Shown: positions 40,291 through 43,171 of the stretch, in pieces
Layout of the letters: each line of letters starts with the position of its first letter
Position numbering within the stretch: position 1 is the first letter of the stretch
Source: PVC group bacterium
GTDB lineage: Bacteria; Auribacterota; Erginobacteria; Erginobacterales; Erginobacteraceae
Direction: 5' to 3'
Assembly (NCBI GenBank): GCA_043804695.1
Contig: JAZDIV010000023.1
Coordinates: 1 to 43,171, forward strand
DNA length: 43,171 nt
Notes under the pieces: model-generated
Databases searched by the model: none
Told to the model about the DNA's origin: nothing
What the model saw: only the letters and a program-made list of their open reading frames with translations
Position numbers and translations under genes: made by a program

Positions 40291-40335
40291 CCCCAACTAT
40301 ATTATACCGAAGTTCTTCTTTTATATTTCAGCAAA
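40291..40335 (-). other. attI-like recombination site A
   Basis: GCTGAAATATAAAAGAAGAACTTCGGTATAAT-ATA-GTTGGGG. Homology with copy B stops at the GTT, where different cassettes begin. Confidence 0.7.
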
Positions 40336-40389
40336 TAGACTTCAACTGGTCAAGGCGAGTTTTGGCGGGTGTTGTATACTTACCCCCCT

Positions 40390-40676
40390 GGTTCTCTTCC
40401 ATTTTGTGTGGGTAGTTCTCCTCCACCGGGCTTGTCCCGGTGGGGATATGATTGGTAACTAACCCATCAGCGAAAAACAACAATGGTTACCACCGGGCTT
40501 GCCCCGGTGGAACCGTAACTTACTAAAATTAAGATAGTTAAGTCATCGCTCCACCGGGATAAACCCGGTGGTGGCGCTGAAGATATAGTCGATATTAGTA
40601 GTCAATCATGATTCCACCGGGACCAGCCCGGTGGTGATTCTAAATGTGGTTTACCCACACAAAATGGAAAAGAACC
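40390..40676. mobile_element. 287-bp MITE with ISL3-like ends carrying four palindromes
   Basis: 25-bp TIRs (24/25) GGTTCTYTTCCATTTTGTGTGGGTA. 8-bp TSD ACCCCCCT/ACCCCCTT. CCACCGGG-N5-CCCGGTGG at 40423, 40490, 40551 and 40614. Confidence 0.88.
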
Positions 40677-40733
40677 ACCCCCTTCTATGAGTAGATACAT
40701 AGCATCCAGCGAGGAAAAGAGGTAAGCTCCTGG

Positions 40734-41262
40734 TTAAGACTTCATCCGGGCGAGGCGGGCAAAGGCCCGCCTCTTTTCATAATAATCCACCCGGCTCTTG
40801 TTGAGCAGCCCTTCCAGGATGGCGATGGACCGGTCATAGTTCTCCCGGTCGACCGGGTAGGGAACTCCGTCCTTCCCGCCGTGCGCGAAGCTGTAACGGG
40901 CTGGATCCCTAGTGCTGGTCCGGGTCCCGTAGATCAATTCCGAGAGTAGGTTCAGGGCCCGGAGGCTTTTCGGTCCCAGTCCTTCCACCAGGAGAGCATC
41001 CTCAAACGAGCCCGGCGGGCGTTCCTCCAGGCGATGGAACAGGTTCACCATCCGGGCTGAGACGAAATCGGAGGGGAGGATGTGGTGCCGCGACGGCAGC
41101 TCCAGGGAAGCTACCTTCCGCAACTCACTGACCGTTTCCCGGGGGCTCAGCCGGGCCACCCGGACAATCCCGGAGCGGGCGCCCGCGGACTCTTTGGCCA
41201 CCAGGTTGAGCACCGCGCCCCGCCGGGCGCAGCAGACCGCCCGGTGAGAATCGGAGACGAAA
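40734..41262 (-). pseudogene. DUF763-family gene, 5'-truncated
   Basis: FVSDSHRAV, LNLVAKES, GLGPKSLRALNLLSELIYG, DPARYSFAHGGKDGVPYPVDR. N-terminal half absent. Confidence 0.85.
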
Positions 41263-41296
41263 CATGAATGGGGTAAAATTATGTTGATATGGGAGC

Positions 41297-41359
41297 ATGA
41301 CCAGGCCACTGAGAATCCAGTACCCCGGCGCTTGTTATCATGTGACCTACCGGGGAAAC
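41297..41359 (+). pseudogene. N-terminal fragment of a REP-associated (Y1/RAYT) tyrosine transposase
   Basis: GGGAG RBS then MTRPLRIQYPGACYHVTYRGN. Homology ends at the AAC that is the GTT of the adjacent attC. Confidence 0.8.
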
Positions 41360-41464
41360 GACCGAATTAACTCGCCACCCGACGAGACCACACAAGCAAG
41401 CCGAAGCCACACAAGGTTGATGAGAGGCACGCTGAGGGCGGTCGGGTTGAATGAGTTGTTGGAT
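41353..41464 (-). other. attC site (long), R' fused to the RAYT fragment
   Basis: R'' ATCCAAC, L'' ATT(C)AACCCG, L' CGAGTTAAT, then TCGGTC-GTT. Confidence 0.75.
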
Positions 41465-41504
41465 GCAGCTTTCCAAGTCCACTGACTCACCGTCATTAGA
41501 TTGC

Positions 41505-41810
41505 CTATGACCTTAAAAACTCTCTTCCCGCTTGAGTGATTCTCCAGTCTTCAACAGCAGGATCATGCGGATATCTGTAGCCTGCATTAACAGCCTTGCG
41601 ATTGACATACTCACGCAGGGACGCTTTGCCCTGCTCTGGAAGCATAGCACAGTTCATGCGTTGCTCAACCGCTGCATATAGGTCTGACATTTGAGCCGTG
41701 CCACCATTATTAACGATGGCTTCTAAAACAATTCTCATTTGGGCATTTGAAGACAGCCCAGCTTCAACTCCCGTCATTGCCCGAACTTCTTCCATAACCT
41801 TCACCTCCAT
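41505..41810 (-). CDS. Small winged-helix-like protein (cassette gene)
   Basis: IVLEAIVNNGGTA...WRITQAGREFL resembles a Mrr-N-like wHTH. Followed by attC. Confidence 0.55.
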   Translation of the reverse strand: MEVKVMEEVRAMTGVEAGLSSNAQMRIVLEAIVNNGGTAQMSDLYAAVEQRMNCAMLPEQGKASLREYVNRKAVNAGYRYPHDPAVEDWRITQAGREFLRS

Positions 41811-42204
41811 AGTTCACAAACCATACGGAATAGTCCTTCCGCGTTAGGTATTCTGGGGATTTCTTGTCAACGCACCGGAACCATGAGAGCCCCATCTGGA
41901 ATATCTGGCCGTCCGAGACACGTTTAATCACGGCGATCAGATCATCCGATTCTGGATTTAAGATATCCAGGAGGTCAAACTTGTCCGTGTAGGACGGGTT
42001 TGTTTTCTTCAGTTCCTCGTATTCATTTTGATCCCAGCCCGCCATCACGTAAGGTTCTTCCCACGGGAAGTCTTCGATTCCTGTCACGAGCACGGGAAGG
42101 GTCAGATGATTCTTGAGGTATGCACGGTAGCGCCAGACATTTTTGGACGTCCGTCCGTTGTCGTCACCGAGCATGGCGACAATTCGCTTTTCCGATGCTG
42201 TCAT
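41764..42204 (-). CDS. Hypothetical cassette protein resembling the CcbP-like calcium-binding family
   Basis: ATG lies 9 nt after R' GTTCGCC. YLKNHLTLP..VTGIEDFPWEE and DYSVWFVNY motifs. The 3' end runs into the next gene. Confidence 0.65.
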   Translation of the reverse strand: MTASEKRIVAMLGDDNGRTSKNVWRYRAYLKNHLTLPVLVTGIEDFPWEEPYVMAGWDQNEYEELKKTNPSYTDKFDLLDILNPESDDLIAVIKRVSDGQIFQMGLSWFRCVDKKSPEYLTRKDYSVWFVNYGGEGYGRSSGNDGS

Positions 42205-42213
42205 TTTGTTTCC

Positions 42214-42272
42214 GGCGAACGTTACTCCTCAGGCGCGGCCTTCAGGATGTTGCCTGCAGGAGATGGTTCTAA
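42214..42272 (-). other. attC site
   Basis: R'' TTAGAAC, L'' CTCCT(G)CAGG pairing with L' CCTGAGGAG, R' GTTCGCC. R'' is complementary to the cassette junction GTTCGAA at 6/7. Confidence 0.85.
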
Positions 42273-42280
42273 CGTCCGCT

Positions 42281-42514
42281 TCAGACCGCGTGTGCGAGGG
42301 GGTGCTTCGCACGCTCGGTCTGGATTCGATGCATGGCTTCATCGTCGAAGAACCTAGCACCGCAAGCACGGCACCTAAAATGCCGCAGGCTCTTCATGGC
42401 GAAGCCGTCGTCAAGGCGGCAGTTCCCCACCACCTGGGCCATCTGCATCGCACTGCACTCTGGACACGGCAAAGGTTCAGAGATCCGTGCTTTTCTTTGA
42501 GGAGATGAGGACAT
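42281..42514 (-). CDS. YgiT/MqsA-type zinc-finger protein (putative antitoxin)
   Basis: CPEC...CRACGARFFDDEAMHRI. Overlaps the upstream gene. Confidence 0.75.
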   Translation of the reverse strand: MSSSPQRKARISEPLPCPECSAMQMAQVVGNCRLDDGFAMKSLRHFRCRACGARFFDDEAMHRIQTERAKHPLAHAV

Positions 42515-42781
42515 AGAAAACGTCAACTCCTTTCTTCGTCAGTATCTTGCCTTTGGTGTAGATATCGAGACCGTCAAACGTGAGGCCTTTGATAATGTAA
42601 AGCGTCTCCGCGTTTCTCGTCCGGGGATTGCGTGACCGGAGAACTTTGAAAATGGACGGAGCGTTCAGGATCGATTCGTAAACCAGCTCCGGCGTGAGCG
42701 ATTCGGCCGCCATCTCGCCCTCCGCGTGAATAGCACGTGCCGTGCGATCACCAATCGCTTTATCCGTACGAGAATATCCAT
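42477..42781 (-). pseudogene. Putative toxin partner, frameshifted near 42725
   Basis: AGGAG RBS then MDILVRIKRLVIARHVLFT in one frame. AEGEMAAESLTPELVYESI...FYVLISSKKS continues in another. TTGAAC-N17-TAATAT promoter at 42827-42799. Confidence 0.65.
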
Positions 42782-42851
42782 GACTTCTCCTGAGCAAAAT
42801 ATTACGTCAATGCGACCGTGGGTTCAAGATCGGGGATCAAGCATCTCCTCG

Positions 42852-42902
42852 TTCGAACTATACATTATATACATTATGCCAAAGTTCTTCTTTTATTTCA
42901 GC
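42852..42902 (-). other. attI-like recombination site B (dif-like)
   Basis: GCTGAAATAAAAGAAGAACTTTGGCATAATGT-ATATAAT-GTATA-GTTCGAA. Part of a ~150-bp segment (to 43009) duplicated at 40295-40725. Confidence 0.7.
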
Positions 42903-43030
42903 AAAAAGATTACGACAGGTCAAGACGAGTTTTGGCGGGTGTTGTATACTTACCCCCTTGGTTCTCTTCTATGAGTAGATACATAGCATCCAGCGAGGAA
43001 AAGAGGTAAAATATTTTTTGCTTTACAAAA

Positions 43031-43171
43031 AAAACGGTGAGCCTCGTCCCGGATCCGCATCAGGAGCTGGAGCGCCGGGGAGCGGGAACGGAGGGCGGCC
43101 GGATTCTTGCGGCCGGGCAGGTACACCCGGTCCCGGACCACCCGGCCCGATGTCAGTCGTTTCTCCTTGGC
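43031..43171 (-). pseudogene. uvrC: UvrC RNase H-like domain segment, truncated after DEAHRF and running off the window edge
   Basis: AKEK...[12 protein letters not shown]...[17 protein letters not shown] followed by unrelated AT-rich sequence. The HhH domain is missing. Confidence 0.8.

Noticed and set aside
40327..40363. Pc-like cassette promoter TTGACC-N17-TGAAAT conserved in modules A and B
   Set aside because: Spacing is right, but the -10 lacks the conserved second-position A and site C does not share it. Too weak to call without TSS data.
40423..40634. CRISPR-like array: four 21-bp repeats with 40-46-bp spacers
   Set aside because: Repeats are pure palindromes with variable 5-nt loops. 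They sit inside TIRs with a TSD, resemble the local REP family, and there are no cas genes or leader.
30070..43171. Island integrated at the tRNA-Leu 3' end
   Set aside because: No duplicate of the tRNA 3' end and no integrase were seen in the window. One beyond the edge cannot be excluded.

Overview
GC-rich bacterial chromosome segment in two parts. (1) 1-30091 is housekeeping: rmlC, an ECF sigma/vWA (YfbK-like) pair, mtnA, a CPBP protease, apbE, surE, a GT2 glycosyltransferase, dtd, a PflX-like radical SAM, MOSC, cutA, FmdB, ispA, yjbQ, hypBA, rnz, an MFS transporter, pncB, gatCA, rsmA, pdxA, two parvulin PPIases and tRNA-Leu(CAG). Almost every intergenic gap holds REP-like palindromes, MITE-like shells or a thrice-repeated ~200-bp structured element. 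(2) 30100-43171 is a decaying mosaic island. It holds a doubly deleted group II intron inserted into a REP palindrome, duplicated gene fragments (DUF763 x2, a DUF559-type nuclease x3) and a lipoprotein-type Asp/Glu racemase. Most notably it holds three integron-like mini-arrays with no integrase in the window. Each starts at a related attI-like site (shared AGAACTTYGGYATAAT then GTT; one copy matches E. coli dif at 20/28) and carries cassettes bounded by attC sites. Two arrays open with a toxin-antitoxin cassette. All family assignments come from motif recognition by eye, not database searches.
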